The notes beneath the pieces are model-generated. The model was not told the origin of the DNA, did no database searches, and was given only the letters and a program-made list of their open reading frames with translations. From Clostridium sp. AM49-4BH (GTDB lineage Bacteria; Spirochaetota; Spirochaetia; Sphaerochaetales; Sphaerochaetaceae), in assembly GCA_963626925.1 (NCBI GenBank), contig CAVFZO010000151.1:1308-65307 (forward strand): a stretch of DNA of 64,000 bases, given 5' to 3'. The stretch's first letter is position 1. The number at the start of each line of letters is the position of its first letter. The translations under genes were made by a program, and so were the position numbers. Below are positions 48,002-57,320 of this stretch, piece by piece.

Positions 48002-49151
48002 TCCCCTTAGCCCTCCTGAACGACTGGTGGAGCTTATCTGCAAATATGGGAAGGGAAAAACGCTCACTCGAGCGCTCCGCCTCTTCTCCGATCTCCCTTC
48101 TCTTCTCCGGTGACGAGAGAAGAAGATTTGCAATGGCGAGGAACTCGTTCCCGCTGTTATATGAAAAACCGTTCACACCGGAGACAAGATAGGACGAGAG
48201 AATGGAATCGTACCTGACAAGAATCGGCAGCGAGGAGGCCATCGCCTCTATATATGAGAGGCACTGGGTCTCCGAGAGGGATGCCCCGATATAGATATCG
48301 CCCGCCTGATAATACTTCCAGATCTCTTCGCTCTGGATGAGCCCCGTAAATACCACATCCCCCCCGAGTCCGGAGAGCTTCACCTCATCCTCGAGGTGTT
48401 TCCTCTCCTCGCCGTCTCCGACAAAGAGGAGCTTCACTGAGGAGTGCGTCTCCTTCAGTTTTGAAAAGAGGGAGAGAACCTCGTCCGTGTTCTTCTCCCT
48501 GCTGAGACGGGAGACCGTGATAAAGACCATGTCCGTCTCCCCGAAGCCGAGGGATGACCTCAGATCACGGCGCTCATCAGAGCTGAGACGCCTCTCGAAA
48601 ATCTCGAGGTCAACCCCTACAAGAATACGGTCTATGGGCTGCTTTATCTTATACGATGAAATGAGGGAATATATCTTATCGGTGGAGCATATGACCCTGT
48701 CGGCCTTTCTTATGAGAAAGGGAACGACCTTCGACGCCGCCCTGTTCCATGCCCCGTGGAACTTCGTGAAGTAATCGGTGTATGAGACGAAGTCGGTGTG
48801 GCATGTGTGGACAAGAGGAATTCCCAGCTTCCCTGCAATACGCGAGGCAAAACGGAAGGAGAAGAACTCGCTCTGCGAATGCACTATGTCGGGATGCCAT
48901 GCGAGAACTTCCCCGAGAATGGGATCATTCAGTTTCAACGACGCATAGGAGTCCTTGTAGAGCTGCCTCATCGTCCCTGCGATGTACCATACGCCGTTCT
49001 CCCCGTCATAACAGCTCTTCCTGTTGGAGCCTATCGTAAGAACCCTCACTTCGTCCCCTTCCTTCCCGAGAGCCTTCTTCTCTGCAAGGACGGCTGATGT
49101 GACACCACATCTGAAAGGCAAATAGAATTCTGTAGTAATAAGGATTTTCAC
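47994..49151 (-). CDS. GT4-family (GT-B, retaining) glycosyltransferase
   Basis: KILITTEFYLPFRCGV N-terminus and the E-x7-E motif (ETQCLSYIE). I chose the GTG at 49151 behind GGAGAGAG. Confidence 0.8.
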   Translation of the reverse strand: MKILITTEFYLPFRCGVTSAVLAEKKALGKEGDEVRVLTIGSNRKSCYDGENGVWYIAGTMRQLYKDSYASLKLNDPILGEVLAWHPDIVHSQSEFFSFRFASRIAGKLGIPLVHTCHTDFVSYTDYFTKFHGAWNRAASKVVPFLIRKADRVICSTDKIYSLISSYKIKQPIDRILVGVDLEIFERRLSSDERRDLRSSLGFGETDMVFITVSRLSREKNTDEVLSLFSKLKETHSSVKLLFVGDGEERKHLEDEVKLSGLGGDVVFTGLIQSEEIWKYYQAGDIYIGASLSETQCLSYIEAMASSLPILVRYDSILSSYLVSGVNGFSYNSGNEFLAIANLLLSSPEKRREIGEEAERSSERFSLPIFADKLHQSFRRAKGNE

Positions 49152-49293
49152 TTCTCTCTCCGCTTCCAGATTCCAGATGATACCATACTTGATGGAAGAA
49201 GACAAAGGGCAAACAAAGATTGACGAAAGGCCGTCTATGATGGTAATTTATTAGGCAGTGTCCTGGCGGCACATTTTTAATTCAGAGGTTAAT

Positions 49294-50826
49294 ATGAGCG
49301 AAGACAAGACAGTTGCCATAGATAACGGGAACAAGGGAAAGGAAAAGAAAGTCAAGGTTAAATCAAAGCACGGAATGCCGAATCTGGTCTGGATTCTGGG
49401 TGTCGCGATTCTCGTTCTCCTGGGCCTCGTAATGATTCTGCCCTCTACATGCATGGCGGGTTCATCATCGAATCTTATAAGTTTCGGTACTTACAACGGA
49501 AAGAAAATCGAACTGACAAACGACAGTTTCCTCTATTTCCAGTATGTCCAGCTCTACAACTACTACGTTCAGTACTACGGGGAGAGCACGGCTCAGAGCT
49601 ATGACTACTATCTTTGGAACAGTGCATTCCAGCAGGCTGTTGTGAACGAAGCATTCCAGGAAATGGCTGACAAGGCAGGCTTCAGGGCAGCCAAGGAACA
49701 GATTGCCGACGCAATCATCGACTCCGGCTACTATTCATCAATCGATGTATACAACAGCGCAACAGATACGCAGAAGGAGCAGATTACGGCATGGATGACA
49801 GAGTATGTGCCTTACCAGGAGGTATATACCACAATCAATTCCGTCCCCGTAAGCTCTGCAGAGACCGGCTTCATCAACACGCTCAACAGCGACAGGAGAA
49901 GCGTCGAGTACATCGTCGCATCCTCATCCCTCTACCCCGATGAAGATGCACTGAGCTATGCCTCGGAGAGACTCGACCTGTTTAAGGTCATCTCCTTTGT
50001 CCGTGCAACTTATGCAACGGAGGACGAGGCTCAGGCAGCCTTCGCTTCATATGCAGAGGGCACCAAGACACTCGACGAGATGGTAGAAGAGTCCATTGAC
50101 AGCTATAAGGAAAACGGCGGAAGAGTCGATTCCTATTACAGATATCAGATGGAGAGCGATCTCTCATCCTACGGCTCCGACAAGGTTGAAGAGCTCTATA
50201 GTGCAGAAGCAAAGACGCTCGTGGGACCTGTAGAGACAGCTGACGGCTACACACTCTTCTATATCGAGAGCGCAGCGGGAGACCCCGACTACACAGACGA
50301 AAGCGTACTCGACACCGTCAGATCCTACATCGCAGCCAACGACAATGACGTCATCAAGGCATACCTCGACACAGTGATCGACACGATTTATGCCGACGCA
50401 GTGGAAGACTTCGACAATGCGGCAGAGAAATACGGCCTGGATGTACAGACATTCGCAGATGCATCGCTCAATACGGGGGATAGCGATTTCATCTATTCGT
50501 TCAACTACGATCAGACAGGCTATCTCAGCACACAGGCGGAAGCAGATTCCTCTTGGGCGGAGAAGGTCTTCACCTCTGACTATAACACCGTCCTCGAGCC
50601 CTTCTATGCAAAGAACGCTTACGTGATTGCACGCCCCGTGGAGTCAAGCGGCAACAGCACGGCATCCTACATGACGTCATACTTCACGTCATACTATTCA
50701 TACTATCTTCCGACATACACGGTTTCAGACTTTGCATCAGAGCTCTTCCTTACAGAGAAGGCTGTAAACGACGTATCGAACGGATACATCTCGCTCCTGA
50801 TGAACAATCTCTCGTCATCGAACTGA
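49294..50826 (+). CDS. membrane-anchored PpiD/SurA-like periplasmic chaperone
   Basis: N-terminal TM LVWILGVAILVLLGLVMIL, a long helical region and a parvulin-like remnant (LVGPVETADGYTLFYIES). I chose the ATG at 49294, 6 nt after GAGG. Confidence 0.5.
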   Translation: MSEDKTVAIDNGNKGKEKKVKVKSKHGMPNLVWILGVAILVLLGLVMILPSTCMAGSSSNLISFGTYNGKKIELTNDSFLYFQYVQLYNYYVQYYGESTAQSYDYYLWNSAFQQAVVNEAFQEMADKAGFRAAKEQIADAIIDSGYYSSIDVYNSATDTQKEQITAWMTEYVPYQEVYTTINSVPVSSAETGFINTLNSDRRSVEYIVASSSLYPDEDALSYASERLDLFKVISFVRATYATEDEAQAAFASYAEGTKTLDEMVEESIDSYKENGGRVDSYYRYQMESDLSSYGSDKVEELYSAEAKTLVGPVETADGYTLFYIESAAGDPDYTDESVLDTVRSYIAANDNDVIKAYLDTVIDTIYADAVEDFDNAAEKYGLDVQTFADASLNTGDSDFIYSFNYDQTGYLSTQAEADSSWAEKVFTSDYNTVLEPFYAKNAYVIARPVESSGNSTASYMTSYFTSYYSYYLPTYTVSDFASELFLTEKAVNDVSNGYISLLMNNLSSSN

Positions 50827-50850
50827 AAGGGTTAGACGCATAATACCGGC

Positions 50851-50885
50851 CGGGTACAGCCTCAGGGTTGTACCCGTCTTTATTG
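50851..50885 (+). terminator. rho-independent terminator
   Basis: CGGGTACA/TGTACCCG 8-bp stem (50851-50858 / 50869-50876) followed by TCTTTATTG. Confidence 0.65.
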
Positions 50886-50918
50886 ATTATCATCTGCAAT
50901 ACGGATTAAACTCACACT

Positions 50919-51818
50919 ATGAGCGTCACAGTCGATACATCTGCACAAATACTCGGTTCCCTCGGTATAACGAAGTTCTGGGGAAGGGAGGAGATCTTCA
51001 CACTCATCGACCACAGAGCCGGGACGGCGCTCATCTACGACTTCGAACGGCGGCATGTCCTCTCCAGGTGCATTGTAAGGGCTGTGGATTACAGAAACAG
51101 GACTATGACGGAAAAGCGGAGCAGAACACTCAGATTCCGCATCAAATCCACATTCGCCCCCTACCCCGGAGAGGATGAGGGAATTACATTCACAGGGGGA
51201 GGCTTCACGGCATCCGTCATAGCGAAAGATAACACATACAGGATAATCTCGGCCCTTCCGGACTTTCCTCTTCCTTCGGGAAAAAAGGGGCTCAAGACCC
51301 TTCTCGAGTTCCATATCGACCCCGACGGTGCCTCATTCAACCAGATCTACACGAAGAACCGCCTGACTGAGGCCATCCACTCCTCTCTCTCCCCCTCGGT
51401 CTCGGGCACTGTAATCACAGATGGAGAAAAGAGAAGAATCAATGAGGAGGACATAACGGCGCGGAGGGTGTGGAAGGCAACCTCGTTTCCCCTCAGGAGA
51501 AACTCCTACTCATCCTACTCCTACGGCATAGCCGGCAAAGAGCCGTTCTCCTTCACTCTCTCGATAGCTGAGAAGAAATGTCTCCTTCTCCTCGGAAAGG
51601 AGCTCACTGTCAGAGACAACATAAGAATGGAGAAAACGGGAGATGACGGCCTTTTCTTCACAAACGACGGCGACACGAGTATAAACCTCACGGTATTTGC
51701 CGTGACAAAGGAGAAGACGGGGCCTTTCCGGCAGAACAGAGTGCTCAGATACGGACTCTTTACAGGGCGTATTGCATCTTTTTCAATCCCGGAAAGCTTC
51801 GGCTGCATAGAGCTCTGA
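50919..51818 (+). CDS. hypothetical protein
   Basis: 299-aa ORF with coding-like composition and no antisense competitor of comparable quality. I recognised no family confidently. Confidence 0.5.
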   Translation: MSVTVDTSAQILGSLGITKFWGREEIFTLIDHRAGTALIYDFERRHVLSRCIVRAVDYRNRTMTEKRSRTLRFRIKSTFAPYPGEDEGITFTGGGFTASVIAKDNTYRIISALPDFPLPSGKKGLKTLLEFHIDPDGASFNQIYTKNRLTEAIHSSLSPSVSGTVITDGEKRRINEEDITARRVWKATSFPLRRNSYSSYSYGIAGKEPFSFTLSIAEKKCLLLLGKELTVRDNIRMEKTGDDGLFFTNDGDTSINLTVFAVTKEKTGPFRQNRVLRYGLFTGRIASFSIPESFGCIEL

Positions 51819-51868
51819 CGATAGACCTCATCTTCCCTTTCTGATAGACTCCTTTCTTTGGAAAAGAA

Positions 51869-53833
51869 ATGAACGAAGAAAAAGAGAAAAGGTCCTTCAG
51901 AAGTCTGGGACTTACAGAAAAAACACTACCGGCAATAGAAAAGAAAGGCTTTGAAGAGCCGACTGAGATACAGGCCCTCTGCATTCCCCTGCTGCTCGAG
52001 GAAGGGACGGAGGTCATAGGTCAGGCAGAAACGGGGACGGGAAAGACTGCCGCATTCGCCCTCCCTATACTCGAGACTGTCGACGAGAAGAGAAAGGAAG
52101 TCCAGGCGCTTATCCTCACCCCCACGAGGGAGCTCTGCCTTCAGAGTGCAGATGAGATAAACTCCCTCAAAAGCGGAGACGGGATCGAGTGTATCCCCGT
52201 CTACGGCGGCGCCGGCATGGAGAGGCAGATACAGAAGCTCCGAAAGGGCGTTCAGATTGTCGTCGGGACACCCGGGAGGATCCTCGACCATATAAGGCGC
52301 ACCACCCTCTCACTATCCTCCCTCACATTCCTCGTCCTAGACGAAGCCGACGAGATGCTCGACATGGGCTTCATCGAAGATATCGAGGAAATATTGAAAA
52401 GCGTCCCTGAAAAGAGGCGTATGCTCATGTTCTCCGCAACGATTCCTCCACGTATACAGAGCCTCGCATCCTCCTACATGAAGAATGCCGTGATCCTCAG
52501 GACACAGAAGAGGCAGTCCACTACACAGAACGCAGACCAGATCTACTACGAGGTCAGGGAGGCTGACAAGGCCGAAGCCCTGACAAGGATCATCGACCGC
52601 TCAAGTGATTTCTACGGCGTCATCTTCTGCCGCACGAAGAACCAGTCTGACGAAGTGGCCCATATGCTCGAGAGAAAGGGCTACGAGGCGGCCGCCCTCC
52701 ACGGGGATCTCAGCCAGAGGGAGCGCGAGATAATCCTGAGAAAGATGAGAGAGAAGACCATCCGTATCCTGGTTGCGACAGACGTTGCGGCACGCGGTCT
52801 CGACATACAGGACCTCAGCCATGTCATAAACTACTCCCTTCCCCGTGATCCCGAGATATATATCCACAGGGTCGGAAGAACGGGAAGAGCCGGAAAGGAG
52901 GGAACTGCCATCACCTTCATAACACCCGGAGAAGCAAGACGCTTCTCATATATAAGGAAGGCAAGCAGGGCCGAGATAAGAAGGGAGGAGATCCCCTCCC
53001 CGAGGGAAGTCGTGGAGAACCGGAAGGAAAAGATAATCGAGGAGCTCGAGAATGCAGTGACGAGTGAGGCGGGAGACGACTACAGGAATGTGGCCGGGAA
53101 GCTTCTTGAAGGCAGAGAGAGCGTGGAGGTACTCTCCTCCGTTCTCAGGCATTTCTATCAGAGTTCCCTCGATGTAAGCCAATATAAGGACATAGCCGGG
53201 AAAAGAGGAAAGGAAAGGAAGGAAAGCGTCGAAAAAGAGAGGGAGAGAAAGGACAGGGAGAGACCCTGTGACAGGATAAAGACTCCCAGCATGGACGAGG
53301 GCGGCATCACGCGTCTCTTCATAGCACGCGGCAGAAACGACGGACTGACGAAGAAGGAGCTTGTCGACATAATATACGAGGAGACAGGCGTCAGGGACCG
53401 CTGTCTTATGGATATAACTGTCATGGACGACTATTCCTTCGTAAACGCCCCCTATGACACGGCAGAGCACATACTCTCTGTCTTCAGAAACATAAAAGAG
53501 GACGGCCGGAGGCTGATCACCCCGGCACGGGCCCCGCGTGGCGACAAAAAAGACGGGAGCATGAGAAAGAAAAAAGACTCCGTCTCCGGAAAGAGGGCGG
53601 AGAAAGAAAAGAGTACGGAAGAAAAGAGAAAGAGAAAATCGTACACCCGTGACACCTCCCTCTCCGGAGGACGGACCTTCACGAGGGACGAAGAGGCATA
53701 CCTTGAGCGGGAGAGGGAGAGGGAGGCTCTTTCGAAAAGAAGAGGCTCATCCTCCGTTTCGCGCCGGAAGAGAGGATGCACGGTAAAGGAAAAGAAACAG
53801 ACCAAACGGGGACGTAAGGAGAGAAAAAGATGA
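51869..53833 (+). CDS. DEAD-box ATP-dependent RNA helicase (DeaD/CsdA-like) with a basic C-terminal tail
   Basis: Q-motif region, AETGTGKTAAF, VLDEADEML, SAT and HRVGRTGRAG, followed by a K/R/E-rich ~130-aa tail. Confidence 0.9.
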   Translation: MNEEKEKRSFRSLGLTEKTLPAIEKKGFEEPTEIQALCIPLLLEEGTEVIGQAETGTGKTAAFALPILETVDEKRKEVQALILTPTRELCLQSADEINSLKSGDGIECIPVYGGAGMERQIQKLRKGVQIVVGTPGRILDHIRRTTLSLSSLTFLVLDEADEMLDMGFIEDIEEILKSVPEKRRMLMFSATIPPRIQSLASSYMKNAVILRTQKRQSTTQNADQIYYEVREADKAEALTRIIDRSSDFYGVIFCRTKNQSDEVAHMLERKGYEAAALHGDLSQREREIILRKMREKTIRILVATDVAARGLDIQDLSHVINYSLPRDPEIYIHRVGRTGRAGKEGTAITFITPGEARRFSYIRKASRAEIRREEIPSPREVVENRKEKIIEELENAVTSEAGDDYRNVAGKLLEGRESVEVLSSVLRHFYQSSLDVSQYKDIAGKRGKERKESVEKERERKDRERPCDRIKTPSMDEGGITRLFIARGRNDGLTKKELVDIIYEETGVRDRCLMDITVMDDYSFVNAPYDTAEHILSVFRNIKEDGRRLITPARAPRGDKKDGSMRKKKDSVSGKRAEKEKSTEEKRKRKSYTRDTSLSGGRTFTRDEEAYLEREREREALSKRRGSSSVSRRKRGCTVKEKKQTKRGRKERKR

Positions 53834-54306
53834 AAAGGATTATTTCTGTTTTACTTCTTGCCCTTCTCATGACAGTCACGCTCAGTGCAGCGGAATACAG
53901 GGAAGGAGTGACATTCAAGGCGACGGACAAGACCTGGTCGCAGTTTCTGAAATACACACAGACGACGACGGGAAAGGCCGATACGGAAGCCCAGGAGATA
54001 CTCCGCGGCGGCAAGGAGAATGCATTCAGCACCTACACCAGAATTCTGACATTCTACCCCGACGGCAGTCTTCTTGTATCGAACACCACATACACCGAAA
54101 TCTACGTCGTGGACTACTACATATCCCAGTCACGCATCATGATTGCCCGCTCGGCGTGCAACTCTGTATTCGGAACGGAGTATCCCATATCGGCCGGAGA
54201 AGATGTCGACTACATACACTTCGGCTACATATCATCAGACGGACTGAGTCTGAGCACGAACCCGAACATCATAAAAAACGGAAACTACTTTCTTCTCTAC
54301 CGCTGA
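53830..54306 (+). CDS. secreted hypothetical protein
   Basis: Signal peptide MKRIISVLLLALLMTVTLSAAEY; ATGA overlap with the helicase stop. Confidence 0.55.
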   Translation: MKRIISVLLLALLMTVTLSAAEYREGVTFKATDKTWSQFLKYTQTTTGKADTEAQEILRGGKENAFSTYTRILTFYPDGSLLVSNTTYTEIYVVDYYISQSRIMIARSACNSVFGTEYPISAGEDVDYIHFGYISSDGLSLSTNPNIIKNGNYFLLYR

Positions 54307-54830
54307 CTCTTCTTCTCCCTCAGAAGTATGAACTTCTCCGTGGGGTAGACAATGAGGTTCTGACCGAATGCACATACGGCGGCGGCTATCGTGTTGGCAA
54401 AAGCTGAAAGTGAGGAACTCTTTTCGCTGACGGCATTTGCGATAAGACCCTGAAGCCATGTCGAGACGAGAATGAGAGAAGCCATCATGACGAGGAAGGC
54501 GATGAAGCACCAGAGCGGCGAATCGGAATGGAAGACCGTCCTGCGGTTCAGAAAATAGCCGTAGATGTTTGCAATGAGATTCGAAAGAAAGAATGTCATC
54601 ACATAGCCCCAGTTGCTGTTGCCCGCTCCCATCGTCTTTTCACTGAAAACGACGGAAAGGATCGGCGGGAGCTGACTCTTCCACGATGCAAAGACAAAGG
54701 GAAAGAGATTCACAAGAACAAACTGGACGATGGTGATGCTCAGCCCTGCAAGAAGATATTTCAATATCTGGACGATTTCTTTTCTGTTATGCACAGCGGC
54801 CATGATACAATCTCCGCCCTTCACAGGCAA
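54297..54830 (-). CDS. GtrA-family membrane protein
   Basis: ~4 TM and the N-terminal ILKYLLAGLSITIVQFVLVNLF pattern typical of GtrA-like proteins. The start could instead be M10. Confidence 0.55.
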   Translation of the reverse strand: MPVKGGDCIMAAVHNRKEIVQILKYLLAGLSITIVQFVLVNLFPFVFASWKSQLPPILSVVFSEKTMGAGNSNWGYVMTFFLSNLIANIYGYFLNRRTVFHSDSPLWCFIAFLVMMASLILVSTWLQGLIANAVSEKSSSLSAFANTIAAAVCAFGQNLIVYPTEKFILLREKKSQR

Positions 54831-54833
54831 GTA

Positions 54834-55160
54834 TCATATATGGGTGTAGTCGTCGTACTTCTCCTCGAAGTAGCGCCTCATGAAGCCGCCCTTCTTCTTG
54901 AGCATCTTCGAGCCGCGTGTAATGCGGCAGAGGCTCATCGAACGGTCCGAGGCGATGTCCCTCTGGCTCTTCCCCTTCCAGAGATCGTCCATTAAAAGAT
55001 ATCTCTGGATCACATCCCTGATCTCGTTGTCCGTCAGCATGTCATCCAGAAAGCTGTCCAGCTCCTCCTGACTCTTTATGGAAAGGAGAATGGCATATAA
55101 ATCATCCCTGCCCCTCTTCTCTTCCTGTTTGTCGATGACAATCTTCTTGTTTCTTCCCAT
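54834..55160 (-). CDS. TrpR-like YerC/YecD family DNA-binding protein
   Basis: LYAILLSIKSQEELDSFLDDMLTDNEI...SQRDIASDRSMSLCRITRGSKML matches the YerC/TrpR-related pattern. I chose the ATG at M14, giving 108 aa. Confidence 0.65.
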   Translation of the reverse strand: MGRNKKIVIDKQEEKRGRDDLYAILLSIKSQEELDSFLDDMLTDNEIRDVIQRYLLMDDLWKGKSQRDIASDRSMSLCRITRGSKMLKKKGGFMRRYFEEKYDDYTHI

Positions 55161-55202
55161 AGAAACTATTAAAACACCACCATTCCCGTCCGTCAACACC
55201 GT

Positions 55203-56729
55203 TCAGAAGAGCGGAGAGAATATGCGTGCGAATTTTCTGAATGCACGTCTGTATAAGGGCAGTCTTCCCTCATCCCCTATATGGATCTCCTCCGAGAGTA
55301 GAAGAGTACGGGAGAAGTTATCCTTGAGGGAGGAGACTATCGAGGAACGGAAGAAGAGGACGCTGAGCTCGAAATGAAGGAAGAAGGAACGGTAATCGAG
55401 ATTCGTCGTTCCGACGACAGCAATCTCGTCATCAGCAATGAAGTTCTTCGAGTGTATGAAGCCCGGAGTGAACTCGTAGATCCTTACGCCGTTTCTGAGA
55501 AGCTCCTCGTAGTTGGACCGGGTGACTTCGAAGACGCTCTTCTTGTCCGGATAGTGGGGTGTGATTATCCTCACATCCACACCGCTTCTTGCGGCGATGA
55601 TGAGCGCAGACTCCATAGATTCGTCAAGGATGAGGTACGGCGTCGTGATCCAAACGTAGTCTTTTGCATTGTTGATGATCTGGAGATATGTATCCTCGGC
55701 AATCGTCTCGCTGTCGAGAGGACTGTCGTCGAACATCTGCACGTAGCCGTCGTCCCTGCCCTTGATGGTCGGAACGAAGGACGGAAGGGAGTCGACATCT
55801 CCTGTGAGGCAGTCCCAGTTACGGAGGAACATGAGTGTGGCGTTCCACACTCCGTCTCCGTCGAGACGGATTGCATCATCCTTCCAGTAACCGAACTTGA
55901 TGATGTCGTTGGCATATTCATCGGCAAGGTTGACGCCTCCCGTGTAGCAGACATTGCCGTCGATATTGAAGATCTTGCGGTGATCACGGAAGTTCAGCCT
56001 CGGGTTTAAATGAAACTTTATCCTGTTGAAGGCAATCGCCTTGATCCCCATGCGCCTGAGGGTGAAATCGTAGCCGCGGGGAAGTACGTTTATCGACCCC
56101 ATATCATCGAACACAACACGGACATCGACGCCTTCTCCTACTTTTCTCCTGAGTATCTCGAGAATCCTCGTCCACCACTTTCCCCTGTCGATTATGAAGT
56201 ATTCGATGAAGATGAACTTCTCTGCCTTCTCCACTTCCCTCACGACGTCATTGAAGAAATCCTCGCCGCTGTCGAAGTATGTCACCGTCGTGTTGCGGTA
56301 GGCCGAAAAGCCCGTGATGTTCTTCACGTACTCGCTCTGCCGGCGGAAGACGGGAGATAGGGCGTAGAGCTCTTCGTCTCCGTTTGTAAGGGAGAAGGCC
56401 GTGTCGTCGGGGATGCGCTTTCTGAAATCCGCTATCTTCTTTTCCGAAAGGGACCCTATCTTCTTGTTGGCAAAGAGAAGATAGAGCACGGCGCCGAAGA
56501 ACGGGAAGATGATGATGACAAACATCCATATGAGGCGGTAGGCGTTGTTCTCCTTACGCGTGATGATGATGGATGCCATGATCATCGAGAGAACGAGGAA
56601 GAATACATAGTTCTGATGGCCCATTGCCGACCAGAGGACGAAATAGAGAATCAGAGCAAGCTGGCAGCCGAAGAAGAGCACCATCCAGAACATTCTGGAA
56701 GTGAGGATCTTATAGAGTTTTCTCAGCAT
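55203..56729 (-). CDS. cls: cardiolipin synthase
   Basis: Two N-terminal TM helices and two HKD motifs (HRKIFNIDG...GGVNL and IHSKNFIADD...GTTNLD). I chose the start at M65 (MLRKLYKIL), overlapping the queH 3' end by 20 nt. Confidence 0.85.
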   Translation of the reverse strand: MLRKLYKILTSRMFWMVLFFGCQLALILYFVLWSAMGHQNYVFFLVLSMIMASIIITRKENNAYRLIWMFVIIIFPFFGAVLYLLFANKKIGSLSEKKIADFRKRIPDDTAFSLTNGDEELYALSPVFRRQSEYVKNITGFSAYRNTTVTYFDSGEDFFNDVVREVEKAEKFIFIEYFIIDRGKWWTRILEILRRKVGEGVDVRVVFDDMGSINVLPRGYDFTLRRMGIKAIAFNRIKFHLNPRLNFRDHRKIFNIDGNVCYTGGVNLADEYANDIIKFGYWKDDAIRLDGDGVWNATLMFLRNWDCLTGDVDSLPSFVPTIKGRDDGYVQMFDDSPLDSETIAEDTYLQIINNAKDYVWITTPYLILDESMESALIIAARSGVDVRIITPHYPDKKSVFEVTRSNYEELLRNGVRIYEFTPGFIHSKNFIADDEIAVVGTTNLDYRSFFLHFELSVLFFRSSIVSSLKDNFSRTLLLSEEIHIGDEGRLPLYRRAFRKFARIFSPLF

Positions 56730-57255
56730 CTCTCCCTCCGGGCGAAAACTCACAGCCGCAGTACTTCTGGCGGTAGAGTCCCAGTTCTTCCGAAAGCCGG
56801 CAAGAAAGTGCAAAGCCGTCCTTCTTCTTGAAGTCGATCTTCTCGAATCCCTCAAGGTCCTCACCTTCACGGAATATGTCACTGCTCTTCTTGAAGCGTG
56901 ACACCGTGAGCGTCGTCGCAAAATGTTCTATGCCCTCCTTCTCTGCTTCAGCCTCTGCCCTGAGGAGATTGAAGCGGAAGCACCTGAGACACCTCTTCCC
57001 GTGCTCGGGTTCATCCTCGAGCCCTTTCACCCACTCTCTCCACTTATCATGGTCATACTCCCCTTTTATGACCCTCAGTCCGTAATGGCGGGCAACGACA
57101 AGAAGATTCTCATATCTTTTCTCGAACTCCTCATAGGGATATATATTGGAATTCGAGAAGAAGAGGACAATATCCCAACCCTCCTCTATGAGTCTGAGGA
57201 CGGAGGATGTGGCACAGGGGCCGCAGCATACATGGAGCAATATCTTTTTTCCCAT
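56710..57255 (-). CDS. queH: epoxyqueuosine reductase QueH (DUF208)
   Basis: LLHVCCGPCATSSV N-terminus and the C-terminal KYCGCEFS cysteine motifs. Confidence 0.85.
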   Translation of the reverse strand: MGKKILLHVCCGPCATSSVLRLIEEGWDIVLFFSNSNIYPYEEFEKRYENLLVVARHYGLRVIKGEYDHDKWREWVKGLEDEPEHGKRCLRCFRFNLLRAEAEAEKEGIEHFATTLTVSRFKKSSDIFREGEDLEGFEKIDFKKKDGFALSCRLSEELGLYRQKYCGCEFSPGGRDAEKTL

Positions 57256-57320
57256 TGTTCTTGAACCCGATTGACCTTATTATTGAACATTAGAAGGAAA
57301 AACTCTACAGAGGTTCAGAT

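Noticed and set aside
53560-53833. Repetitive K/R/E-rich segment at the 3' end of the helicase gene, considered as a separate element
   Set aside because: It is in frame with the helicase and consistent with the basic C-terminal extensions common in DeaD/CsdA-type helicases.
56730-56921. Arg-rich 64-codon extension of the cardiolipin synthase ORF
   Set aside because: It overlaps the queH coding sequence in another frame, and its composition (RRRSRCHASRR...) is typical of out-of-frame read-through. MLRKLYKIL followed by TM helices is the normal Cls N-terminus. Similar extensions were trimmed for the ABC (22091-22180), GlpQ (28014-28211), nucleoside hydrolase (40120-40269), Wzx (48002-48133) and GT4 (49152-49205) ORFs.
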